Shown here: positions 51,540-60,478 of the stretch, one piece after another
Numbering within the stretch: the first letter of the stretch is position 1
Layout of the letters: each line of letters opens with the position of its first letter
Source of the DNA: Waddliaceae bacterium
GTDB taxonomy: Bacteria; Chlamydiota; Chlamydiia; Chlamydiales; SLFE01
Length of the DNA: 64,000 nucleotides
Assembly (NCBI GenBank): GCA_963771045.1
Contig: CAVYRW010000004.1
Span: 128,001 to 192,000, forward strand
Reading direction: 5' to 3'
The notes under the pieces: generated by a model
Databases searched by the model: none
What the model saw: only the letters and a program-made list of their open reading frames with translations
Told to the model about the DNA's origin: nothing
Program-made: the position numbers and the translations under genes

Positions 51540-52646
51540 ATGAGCGAGATTTTTACAGTGACTCTGCCCGATATCGGCGAGGGTGTCGTCGAGGGGGAAG
51601 TGATCGAGTGGTTGAAAAAGGAAGGAGACTCTCTCAAGCAAGACGAACCTGTGGTTGTGGTCATGACGGACAAAGCGACTGTGGAACTTCCCGCCCCTTA
51701 TCCGGGAACGCTTTCCAAACAGTATAAAAAGCCCGGCGATATCGCAATCAAGGACAAGCCCCTTTACGATATCGCAGTTGAAAAAAAGCCGACAAAAGAA
51801 GAAACAGCGACTCTTGCTGCCCCCGCGACAAGGGAGCTGGCAAAAGAGCTGGGTGTGGATATCGATCTAATCCCGGGAACCGGGCAGGACGGCCGCGTCA
51901 CCGACTCCGATGTTGTGAAGTTTCACGCCCGCGGCGAATCCAAGCCCGAAAGCTTAGATGATGAAGAAGTGCCGATCATCGGCATACCCCACATGATGGC
52001 CGAAAAGATGGCCGAGTCCAAGCACATCATCCCCCACTTCTCCTTCTTCGACCAGCTCGATGCCGGCCGCGTAATCCAGCTCCGCGAAAACATCGGAAAA
52101 CGCGCGGAAATCGAAGGGTTCAGGCTCACCTATATGCCTTTTTTCATCAAAGCCCTGTCTAAAACACTGACCGAATTTCCTCAAGCGAACGCGTCCGTCG
52201 CATCCGACGCGAAATCCCTCATACTTCACAAGCACCACCATATCGGCATCGCCTCGAAAACAGAAGAGGGCCTCGTTGTTTTTGTCCTTCGCGATGTTCA
52301 AGTCAAGACGCTCGAGCAGATCATCAAAGAGTACGACCTGCTGGCAAAAAAAATGAAAGAGAAAAAACTGACAAGAGAGGATATGGTCGGCTCCACGATC
52401 ACCATCAGTAATTTCGGCCCATTGGGAGGCGTATGGGCTACCCCGATAATCAATTTTCCCGAGGTGGCGATATTAGGGACGGCAAAAATCAGAAAAACCC
52501 CTGTCGTAAAAAACGACGAGATTGTGATACGGTCTATACTCAATCTGTCTTGGAGCTTCGACCACCGTGTCATCGACGGAGACCTCGCCGCGAAGGTCTC
52601 GAATCGCTTCATTCATCTTTTGGAAAATCCCGCCCAGCTTCTTTAG
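51540..52646 (+). CDS. Dihydrolipoamide acyltransferase E2
   Basis: Lipoyl motif VMTDKAT, E3-binding GTGQDGRV, catalytic DHRVIDG. Confidence 0.95.
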   Translation: MSEIFTVTLPDIGEGVVEGEVIEWLKKEGDSLKQDEPVVVVMTDKATVELPAPYPGTLSKQYKKPGDIAIKDKPLYDIAVEKKPTKEETATLAAPATRELAKELGVDIDLIPGTGQDGRVTDSDVVKFHARGESKPESLDDEEVPIIGIPHMMAEKMAESKHIIPHFSFFDQLDAGRVIQLRENIGKRAEIEGFRLTYMPFFIKALSKTLTEFPQANASVASDAKSLILHKHHHIGIASKTEEGLVVFVLRDVQVKTLEQIIKEYDLLAKKMKEKKLTREDMVGSTITISNFGPLGGVWATPIINFPEVAILGTAKIRKTPVVKNDEIVIRSILNLSWSFDHRVIDGDLAAKVSNRFIHLLENPAQLL

Positions 52647-52735
52647 ATAACGAGAGTTTTTTGACAAGAAAATCTCTTGCCTGACCTATTCTTTGCTAAG
52701 TTGAATTTATTTAAATATTTTTTAACGTCCGCTCG

Positions 52736-53602
52736 GGCTGTGTTGAATAACTTAAATTTTTAAATTGTCTAACCCAAGTTTTCTTATCTGATAATCATGC
52801 TGTTATCATAGCGTTCAGAATTTGAAGCTTGAGTGAATTCTCAACTCTTTGTCTTTCATATGTTTTTGAAAATAGTCGACCTCCAAAGAGTCGTTTATAC
52901 CTAGAGAAAAAGGTTTCAACAAGCACTCTTCTACTGTAGCCTGTCAGCTTACCCCATAACGATCTGGCTCGCTCATCATTTCCAAGCCCCATTATCTCGA
53001 GTGCTGCATTATCACGCTCAGCTCTATCATACCTTACTTTTGCATTGCGAGGCGGCGGAATTATTGGTTTAGCTCCGCGCTTTTTTATGCTGGTTCGACA
53101 TTTTTGTTTATCATAGGCTCCGTCTGCTTTTACCTCGTCAATCTTGCCATTAATTTGATCAAGCAAGTCCTCGACTACAGAGGAATCACTAATGTTCGAA
53201 TCAGTCAATGATTCTGCAACTACTTCTTGAGTATCCTCATCTAAAGCTACATGGAGTTTCAACCACTTGTTGATCTCTTGAAATACTGAACGCGCAAATC
53301 CTTCAAGAGCACGATAACCAAGGTTAAATCGAATCTTCACAACCAGGAGAAGTTCAATGAGGGCATCGAGATATTTTGTAGGTCTTCCATTTTTGGATTT
53401 TGGCTTAAATTTCTGAATCTCCCGAACGGTTTTTTGATGGATCATGAAAGTTACACTTCCACGTTGAACGAGTTTTCTGTTATATTCACTCCAGATGCGC
53501 TTTTGCATTCGAAACTCCTTGCTGGTTTTGTCGTTAGCTAAGGAGTTTCTTTCTTTTAGGGGATATTTATCAAGTCTTTTCTAGAGGTTTTTCAACACAG
53601 CC
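52736..53602 (-). mobile_element. IS5 family (IS903 group) element, internally deleted
   Basis: IRs GGCTGTGTTGAATAAC / GTTTTTCAACACAGCC; 9-bp TSD GTCCGCTCG (52727-52735, 53603-53611); 867 bp. Confidence 0.92.
52795..53508 (-). pseudogene. IS903-group transposase with in-frame internal deletion
   Basis: WSEYNRKLVQRGS, KLHVA, ADGAYD and GYSRRVLVET present; the ~60-aa segment holding the IDSTG Asp of the neighbouring intact transposase is absent. Confidence 0.85.
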
Positions 53603-53686
53603 GTCCGCTCGTTAAAGCTCGCTCAAGACGCAAAGTTTTAGAGAATATTCAAACAATAATTTGAATAAAATTTTATTTAAATTGGT

Positions 53687-53746
53687 GGCGTTGTTGCATA
53701 AATCACCACTGAGACCACCGAGCTCACTGAGAGATTATGAGAGAGG
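53687..53746. repeat. Left extended inverted repeat with 9-nt periodic units
   Basis: ACCACTGAG-ACCACCGAG-CTCACTGAG-AGATTATGAGAGA immediately inside the TIR. Confidence 0.85.
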
Positions 53747-53748
53747 AA

Positions 53749-54156
53749 TTAAATGATTAGACGCCTAATCCCATTTTTTAGAAGTTTTACATTGAAATTG
53801 ATGAGCAAACCTCTGCCACCACCATTATGCTTAAGATAGGATAGAAGTTGGGCCTCATGAACAGGCAAGAAATTGGCCACAGATTTTATCTCCAAAATAA
53901 CCTTATCTTCCACTATCATATCGATCCGGTAGCCTGAGTCTAGCTTTTTATCACGATAAATAATAGGTACTGGTATCTGCCGGTTAACTTTCAAACCCGC
54001 AAGGTTCAACTCGTAGCAAAGACAAGTTTCGTATGTCGATTCAAGCAAGCCTGGACCTAATCTTCGATGAACTTCAATCGCAGCACCTATGATTTCCCCT
54101 GTTAAAAGGTCATTTCTTTTTTGGTTGGCTTCTTCAGTTGTGTGGGTACTAGTCAT
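53749..54156 (-). CDS. GxxExxY protein (PD-(D/E)xK nuclease family)
   Basis: IIGAAIEVHRRLGPGLLESTYE, RIDMIVEDKVILEIKS, HEAQLLSYLK, GLLINFN. Confidence 0.96.
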   Translation of the reverse strand: MTSTHTTEEANQKRNDLLTGEIIGAAIEVHRRLGPGLLESTYETCLCYELNLAGLKVNRQIPVPIIYRDKKLDSGYRIDMIVEDKVILEIKSVANFLPVHEAQLLSYLKHNGGGRGLLINFNVKLLKNGIRRLII

Positions 54157-54240
54157 CTTTTCTCCAAAAAGGGCGAATGCGAGCTTGCCGACAAATACCT
54201 AATACTCTAATTTTTAGTTGCAACAAATTGGAGGATCAAG

Positions 54241-55185
54241 ATGAAGGCAAAATATCGCATTCGCAACTGGAACGACTATAACAAATCTCTTATTCAAAGG
54301 GGAAGCATAACTGTTTGGTTTTCTGAAGATGCTATCAATAAGTGGATGGCTCCAAAAGAAATAGGAAAAAAGGGGCGTCCAAAACTCTATTCTGATGACG
54401 CTATTCTCACCGCGCTCATTATTCGATCGGTTTTTCATCTTCCATTGAGAGCACTCGAAGGATTTTTGACATCTCTTGTTATGATTTTATCTGTTGGTTT
54501 ATCGATTCCTTCTTATACTCAAATTTGTCGGAGAGCTAAGTTGTTGGGGCAAGAGTTGAAGAAACTTTCGAAAAAAAAAGTCACCAATATTGTAATCGAT
54601 TCAACCGGTTTGAAAGTGTACGGAGAGGGTGAATGGAAAGTTAGGCAGCATGGAATCAGTAAAAGGCGAACATGGAGAAAGCTCCATCTGGCAGTCTGCC
54701 CTGACTCTCACGAAATTATTTTCGAAATTCTTACTGAAAATAACGTTGCAGATTGTGAAGTGTATCCAAAACTTCTCGAGGTAATGCCGAAATCAGTTAA
54801 GCGCACATATGGAGATGGGGCTTATGATACTAAGCGATGCTATGCTGCAAATGTAGTTCACGGCTCAATTCCTATTATTCCACCCAATAGGAATGCTGTT
54901 TTTCGAGAAAACATATCTCCTTCTTGGAAGATGCGGAATATCAGTTTGCTGGAAATTTCAGGTTTAGGAGGTGATGATGATGCAAGAAAATTATGGAAAA
55001 AGTTGAAAGGTTATCATCGTCGATCACTTGCAGAAACAGCCATGTTTAGATTTAAACGATTCTTTGGAAATGATTTAAGAAGTAGAACTCTGGAAACCCA
55101 AAGGGCTGAATCAAGGGCAAAATGTGAAGCACTAAATATAATGACAAAGCTGGGAATGCCTGAAAGTGAATTAATAGCAGCTTAA
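54241..55185 (+). CDS. IS5 family (IS903 group) transposase, apparently intact
   Basis: NWNDYNKSLIQRGS, IDSTGLKVYGEGEW, WRKLHLA, GDGAYD, GYHRRSLAETAMFR. Confidence 0.97.
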   Translation: MKAKYRIRNWNDYNKSLIQRGSITVWFSEDAINKWMAPKEIGKKGRPKLYSDDAILTALIIRSVFHLPLRALEGFLTSLVMILSVGLSIPSYTQICRRAKLLGQELKKLSKKKVTNIVIDSTGLKVYGEGEWKVRQHGISKRRTWRKLHLAVCPDSHEIIFEILTENNVADCEVYPKLLEVMPKSVKRTYGDGAYDTKRCYAANVVHGSIPIIPPNRNAVFRENISPSWKMRNISLLEISGLGGDDDARKLWKKLKGYHRRSLAETAMFRFKRFFGNDLRSRTLETQRAESRAKCEALNIMTKLGMPESELIAA

Positions 55186-55191
55186 ATCAAA

Positions 55192-55250
55192 TCTCTCATA
55201 TTCTCTCTGTGCGCTCTTGTGAGCTCTGTGGTTAATTACGCAACAAAGCC
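55192..55250. repeat. Right extended inverted repeat with 9-nt periodic units
   Basis: TCTCTCATATTCT-CTCTGTGCG-CTCTTGTGAG-CTCTGTGGT-TAATTACGCAACAAAGCC, an imperfect inverted copy of the left end. Confidence 0.85.
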
Positions 55251-55416
55251 TAAATTGGTAATAAAATTACTTACATTTTCTAAAACATATTAAAAATAAT
55301 TGAGTTAAATTAATTAATAAGTTATAACTATAACTTAGTTAAAAACTTAATGGAGTTGATCAGACAAAATTCAACCGGATTTTTCGGTCATAGATCTTAA
55401 TATTTAAGAAGTCGTT

Positions 55417-56020
55417 ATGGATGTTAAAGGAGTAGGACCTTCATTTCAGCAGAAATTACTAAAGGTTGAAGCACGTATAGATACTCTTCCTTATGAATTA
55501 TTGTTCCAAATTTATTCTTATCTTGAATTTAAGGATCTTCAAAACCTTGCATTGGTTAATACAATAACTGGAGGGGTGACACGAGATAACAAATTTTTAG
55601 GAGTAAAAATAAGCCAAAAAGCCTTTAAAATACTCAGTTTGCCATCTGATGACAAAGAAAAAAAAACGCTGAAAACTTCTTGAATTCAGAAGCACCGCGG
55701 TCGATTACTGAACTCGATCTTTCAAATTTACAAATGACAGATGACCTTATAGATAAGTTGGTCGGCAAATTTCCAAATCTCGTAACAATTAACTTGTCTA
55801 ATACTCAGCTTTCAGCTCAGCAAGTACAAAAGCTTTTAAAGTTAAAAAATCTAAGATTTCTAAATTTATATGTAAAATCGGCGCTGAAGGGGCAAAAGAA
55901 CTTGCCGAAGCGCTGAAAAAGAATAAAACCCTCATAGCACTTGATTTGAGGCTTAACAGCATCGGTATTGAAGAAAAACGTGCTTTAAGAAAATTGGGTA
56001 TCGAAAGATTGATTCTTTGA
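55417..56020 (+). pseudogene. F-box / leucine-rich-repeat protein split over three segments
   Basis: F-box IDTLPYELLFQIYSYL; LRRs ITELDLSN, LVTINLSN; last segment KIGAEGAKELAEALKKNKTLIALDLRLNSIG (RNI-like LRR). Confidence 0.75.
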
Positions 56021-56115
56021 CAGCTGAAAGTCACATGTGTTGTTGAGCTTTAACCAATTTATGGCGAAAAATCAGAGCTATTTTGTCCGAAAATTGGCGC
56101 TTTTTCAAGGTTTAA

Positions 56116-56589
56116 CTAAATATGCCGGCCGATGTCTCCCATGATAGGCTGGGTGATGTCGACGAAGTCGGATAAGTCCATTTTCACAACCTCGGTGTGC
56201 GATCCTCCGTTGAAAAAGATTTCGTCATTCTCTTCTATGGCTCTGTCAGCATAGACCTTGAGGCCATAGAGGTTGCCGAAAGGGGGCTCCGATCCCAATT
56301 CGTAATCGGGGAAGATTTTGACAAATTCGTCCTCGCTTGCTAGTTCCAGGTTCTTATCTTTGGTGAGCGCCGAAAGCTTGTCAAAGTCAACAAGTTTTGT
56401 CGAGGGAAGAACCACCATGATAAAGTCTTTGCCGCTTTTTTTGACGATAACGGATTTTAACAGCTGGGCGCCGGGAACATGCTGAGCACCGGCGATCTCT
56501 TGAGCGGTGTAGGCGGCAGGGTGTTCTTTGACTTCATATCGGATTCCTTTTTCATCAAGGATCCCTTTCAGTTTTTTTGATAAGGCCAT
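56116..56589 (-). CDS. YbaK/ProX aminoacyl-tRNA editing domain protein
   Basis: HPAAYTAQE, KSVIVK, LASEDEF..FPDYELGSEPPFG, FNGGSH. Confidence 0.9.
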   Translation of the reverse strand: MALSKKLKGILDEKGIRYEVKEHPAAYTAQEIAGAQHVPGAQLLKSVIVKKSGKDFIMVVLPSTKLVDFDKLSALTKDKNLELASEDEFVKIFPDYELGSEPPFGNLYGLKVYADRAIEENDEIFFNGGSHTEVVKMDLSDFVDITQPIMGDIGRHI

Positions 56590-56820
56590 ATAATCCTCGC
56601 TAGGGGTTTAGCTTTTAAACTTGATTTGTTTGGATTTTGTTTCCACCTTTTTCGGGAATGTAATTTTCATCAGCCCGTATTTAAATAAAGTTTTCTTCTA
56701 ACTATACGATGCAGCTGAAATCTTCCTCAGCGAAAGAAGGGAACCGAAAGAGCGATTCCGGAAGCAAAGCTTTTCCTTCTTTTCTGCAGACATAGCTGCT
56801 CTCCTATATTGCAAATTATA

Positions 56821-56847
56821 GAGGGAAAGGATTACCTTTCCTTCTTT
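56821..56847 (+). terminator. Terminator-like hairpin upstream of the LOG-family gene
   Basis: GAGGGAAAGG-atta-CCTTTCCTTC followed by TTT. Confidence 0.4.
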
Positions 56848-56876
56848 AACAAGATATAACATATATTTGAATTTTT

Positions 56877-57902
56877 ATGGAGACTCCAAGACTATCCAGC
56901 GACGAGTTAAAAAAGCGCATCAACCACCTGGTCAGCGACTTAGGTATTGACAAAGATTCTTTTGAAGCCCGGCTGCTGGGAGAGATGATCTATACCTGCT
57001 GCAACCTGCACTACGATGAGCACAATACGGCTCAGTTAAAGCTTATCAACCAAAGTTTAAGGGAGTTGCGTTATGCATTCAAGGTGTTTAACCAATATCC
57101 TGCAGAACAGAGATTGAGTATTTTCGGATCGGCAAGGACTCCTGAAGATCATCCCGATTATCTTGCTGCTAAAGAGTTTAGCGAAAAGATGGCAGGGGAT
57201 GGCTGGATGTGTATTACCGGAGCTGCCGGAGGAATTATGAAGGCCGGACATGAAGGTTCGACAAAAGACTCCATATTCGGCCTATCCATACGCCTCACAT
57301 TTGAGGAAGGGGCCAACATTCATATAGAAGGCGATCCCAAACATATTAATTTTAAGTACTTCTTTACACGAAAATTGATGTTTCTCGCTCACTCCGACGC
57401 TGTTGTGGTCTTCCCGGGAGGATTTGGCACGATGGATGAATTATTTGAAGTGCTCACCCTGATCCAGACAGGAAAATCCATCGTAATTCCGGTTGTCCTT
57501 CTCGAAGGGTCGGGGGGTGCTTATTGGAATAATTGGACGCATTATGTCAAAAGCTCTTTGCTAGCGAACAATACAATCAGTGCAGAAGACTTAAGTCTCT
57601 TTTATCAAGCTCCTTCAGTCGATGAGGCTGTAGGCTACATCGAAAAGTTCTATTCCCGCTACCACTCAAGCCGCTATGTCCATGATTTTTTTGTCATCAG
57701 ACTGCGCGCGCCATTAGCAGACGCAGAAATCGAGGACCTCAATGAAAAATTTTCCTCTCTGATCGCCAAAGGGAGAATCGAGCAAACTTCTGCGCTTCCC
57801 GAAGAAAAAGAGTATCAGGACCTTCCCAGGCTGGTTTTCCATTTTACCAGACACCATTTCGGACGTCTTAAGCAGATGATCGACCAGATCAACAGCTACT
57901 AA
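56877..57902 (+). CDS. LOG-family nucleotide monophosphate nucleosidase, long form
   Basis: IFGSAR, TGAAGGIM, FKYFFTRK, PGGFGTMDE. Confidence 0.92.
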   Translation: METPRLSSDELKKRINHLVSDLGIDKDSFEARLLGEMIYTCCNLHYDEHNTAQLKLINQSLRELRYAFKVFNQYPAEQRLSIFGSARTPEDHPDYLAAKEFSEKMAGDGWMCITGAAGGIMKAGHEGSTKDSIFGLSIRLTFEEGANIHIEGDPKHINFKYFFTRKLMFLAHSDAVVVFPGGFGTMDELFEVLTLIQTGKSIVIPVVLLEGSGGAYWNNWTHYVKSSLLANNTISAEDLSLFYQAPSVDEAVGYIEKFYSRYHSSRYVHDFFVIRLRAPLADAEIEDLNEKFSSLIAKGRIEQTSALPEEKEYQDLPRLVFHFTRHHFGRLKQMIDQINSY

Positions 57903-58013
57903 AATGCTTTAAATAAATTCTCAGAAAGTGTATATTTTGCCCTCGACAGTTTTACTCTTGTGAGATATTTTAAGCTCATTCAGGTATAATTATAACAACG
58001 GGTCAGTGAGAGA

Positions 58014-58487
58014 ATGAAGTGTCCATCCTGCCATGGAACAAATTTGAAGGTTATCGACTCCCGAGAAGCGGTTGAAACCAGTGCGATTCGCCGCAGACGA
58101 GAATGTCAGGACTGTCAAAAAAGGTTTACCACGTTTGAAACGATCGAACTTTTGATTCAGGTTCATAAAAGAGATGGACGTTTCGAGGATTTTCAGGAAC
58201 AAAAACTGATCAATGGACTTGACGCTGCCTGCCATCACACGAAAATTAGCCGCAATCAGGTCACTGGCCTCTCTGCGAAAATTACCGCTGAAATTATGCA
58301 GCGCCAAGAGAATGTTATTTCCACTCAGGAGCTTGGTGAGATTGTCATGAGTCATCTTAGGGAATTAGATCCTGTCGCCTATATACGTTTTGCTTGCGTC
58401 TATCGCCGTTTTCAGGATATTTACGATGTCATGAGGGAAATAAAATCGAATGTAAAGGAGGAAATGAATGCCCTTGAAGAAAATTGA
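58014..58487 (+). CDS. nrdR: Transcriptional repressor NrdR
   Basis: MKCPSC..KVIDSR, IRRRREC..C..RFTTFE, VAYIRFA. Confidence 0.98.
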   Translation: MKCPSCHGTNLKVIDSREAVETSAIRRRRECQDCQKRFTTFETIELLIQVHKRDGRFEDFQEQKLINGLDAACHHTKISRNQVTGLSAKITAEIMQRQENVISTQELGEIVMSHLRELDPVAYIRFACVYRRFQDIYDVMREIKSNVKEEMNALEEN

Positions 58488-58833
58488 AATTGATAAATTC
58501 AAAAAAAGACTGCAGGATATGCGCAGCCAGCTCACTAAACTCCTTCAGGGATCGACCGAGGAAGTGAAAAGGCCCGATGATGCGACGGGATATTCACAGC
58601 ATCAGGCGGATCAGGGAACCGATGATTTTGACCGTACGATAAGTTTGGAACTGACAGGCAAGGAATTTGAAACTTTGCGCCTCATCGACAGAGCATTGGA
58701 AAAAATCGAAGAAGATACCTATGGCATATGCGATATTACCGGCAAGGAAATTCCCAAAAAGCGGCTTGAAGCTGTCCCTTATGCGACGATGACCGTCGAG
58801 GCGCAGGAAAAGCATGAAAAAGGTTTATTGTAA
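58468..58833 (+). CDS. dksA: DksA/TraR-family protein
   Basis: HQADQGTDDF, YGICDITG.EI..RLEAVP; chlamydial nrdR-dksA-lspA order. Confidence 0.9.
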   Translation: MPLKKIEIDKFKKRLQDMRSQLTKLLQGSTEEVKRPDDATGYSQHQADQGTDDFDRTISLELTGKEFETLRLIDRALEKIEEDTYGICDITGKEIPKKRLEAVPYATMTVEAQEKHEKGLL

Positions 58834-58836
58834 ATT

Positions 58837-59352
58837 ATGCGGAAATCTTTTTCGTGGGGCATCTTCTTTGCCTTTCTTGTCATCACCATGGATCTGATTT
58901 CAAAATCGTATGTTTATCGTGAAATACCGCTGATAACGCATAGCAGCTGGCATTATCCTTATGGGGGAATCGGGATTTTTCAAAATTTTCTGGGGGTCAG
59001 CTTTTCCATTGTCCATGCCACCAACAAAGGGGCGGCGTGGGGGTCTTTGTCTGATTTCCAGATTCCTCTTCTTATTCTGCGGATTGGTTTGGTTGCGGGA
59101 CTATTGGGCTATCTGATTTTCTTCAATAAAAATCGCAAATACATCGTTCCTTTCTGTTTGCTGATCGCAGGAGCGTTTGGCAATGTGATCGATTATTTTC
59201 TTTACGGCGTTGTGATCGATATGTTTAAATTTGTCCTTTGGGGATACCATTATCCCATATTTAATATTGCCGATAGCGCTATCACCATAGGCATCGGCTG
59301 GATGATAGTTGCCTCATTTTTTCAACATGATACCTGTACTGAACTTAAATGA
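58837..59352 (+). CDS. lspA: Lipoprotein signal peptidase
   Basis: NKGAAWG, GAFGNVID, VIDM, IFNIADSAI. Confidence 0.96.
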   Translation: MRKSFSWGIFFAFLVITMDLISKSYVYREIPLITHSSWHYPYGGIGIFQNFLGVSFSIVHATNKGAAWGSLSDFQIPLLILRIGLVAGLLGYLIFFNKNRKYIVPFCLLIAGAFGNVIDYFLYGVVIDMFKFVLWGYHYPIFNIADSAITIGIGWMIVASFFQHDTCTELK

Positions 59353-60022
59353 TCAGCCTCCCTTTCAGGCTAGCAAGTGGATGCAAGTTCACGTCCTTCT
59401 GGGCATTGGCGAGTTAAAACGTTTATATGACGATCTCGGCGATTTTTTCTTGGTTCAAATCACCGGAGTGATTCCTCGAGGGGAGGGGGTGGTTTCTCAG
59501 GAGGATTTTATGGCAGTTTATGAGGGTTATATTCAAGAGCTTAAGGATGGCGGGGTTCCTGAAAAAGAAGACTATGGGAGGCTGTTCAGCTTTGCAATGA
59601 CAAGATCGTTAGATGATTTGTACGCCTCATTTGTCGGAGAGGATAAGCAATTGATCCGCATCAGGCGGCCGGTGATTCAGGTGCAAGAGCATACTCTCCA
59701 TTATTCGCCTTTCGACCGCAAATTCCGATCGATGGTTTTGGGATCGGACTGTATTACGTGGGGACTTCAATTTTCACTGCCGCAGCTCTATCACGATCCC
59801 GATAAAAATGAAGCGGTAAATGTCTTCGCATCGAAAGAATATGCCAATGGAGCCCTTTTCCGCTCTTTGCAAAAATGGATACGGCAACATACGATCCCGA
59901 CTCCTTTTGAAGTTGACGGGGAGGTCATAAAAACATCGGTTCGTTTAGGCAAGGATTGCTGCACATGGATCAACTGCCATCCGCAGCTTCAAAAGAAAGG
60001 GATAACTGTCTTATGTCTATAG
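59327..60022 (+). CDS. Hypothetical protein
   Basis: 231-aa ORF overlapping both neighbours in the operon. Confidence 0.7.
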   Translation: MIPVLNLNDQPPFQASKWMQVHVLLGIGELKRLYDDLGDFFLVQITGVIPRGEGVVSQEDFMAVYEGYIQELKDGGVPEKEDYGRLFSFAMTRSLDDLYASFVGEDKQLIRIRRPVIQVQEHTLHYSPFDRKFRSMVLGSDCITWGLQFSLPQLYHDPDKNEAVNVFASKEYANGALFRSLQKWIRQHTIPTPFEVDGEVIKTSVRLGKDCCTWINCHPQLQKKGITVLCL

Positions 60023-60471
60023 AAGAAGATCTGCAAAAAGTTTTTATCGATAAGAAAATAACTTTGAGCGTCGCAGAATCCTGCACAGGGGGAGCAATTT
60101 CATCAAAGCTCACAAAAATCTCCGACTCTTCCCGCTACTTCCTGGGCGGGGTGGTTGCCTATAGCAATTCGCTCAAAGTTGACTTGTTGAATGTGCCGCC
60201 GATGCTGATCGAAAAGACAGGCGCGGTCAGTCCCGAGACAGCCAGGGCCATGCTACAGGGAATTTTGGAGATCACGGCAAGTGATTATGGGATTGCTGTG
60301 ACGGGGATTGCAGGTCCTTTGGGTGGAACTTATGATAAGCCGGTCGGCACAGTTTGGATAGCTGTGGGACGTCGGGGGGAGGATCCCGAGGTTTGGAACC
60401 TGGCCGCAGAAGGGGCTCGCAAGAGCATTATCAATCAGTCTGTGGAAGCGAGTTTAAACGCAAGCTCTTAA
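60013..60471 (+). CDS. CinA/PncC-family nicotinamide-nucleotide amidohydrolase
   Basis: VAESCTGG, VAYSNSLK, GAVS, TGIAGP.GG..KPVGTV. Confidence 0.93.
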   Translation: MSIEEDLQKVFIDKKITLSVAESCTGGAISSKLTKISDSSRYFLGGVVAYSNSLKVDLLNVPPMLIEKTGAVSPETARAMLQGILEITASDYGIAVTGIAGPLGGTYDKPVGTVWIAVGRRGEDPEVWNLAAEGARKSIINQSVEASLNASS

Positions 60472-60478
60472 ACAAGCC

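Larger units (their letters stand above)
53687..55250 (+). mobile_element. IS5 family (IS903 group) element carrying a GxxExxY passenger gene
   Basis: IRs GGCGTTGTTGCATAAAT / AATTACGCAACAAAGCC; 9-bp TSD TAAATTGGT (53678-53686, 55251-55259) encloses both genes. Confidence 0.92.

Noticed and set aside
53704..53730. Short periodic repeats as a possible CRISPR array
   Set aside because: Units are 9 nt with no spacers, and no cas genes are present in the window.
56711..56799. Possible SRP (4.5S) or 6S RNA
   Set aside because: It lacks the conserved CAGG..GGAA..AGCAG domain IV motif on either strand and is too short for 6S; kept only as a candidate structured RNA.
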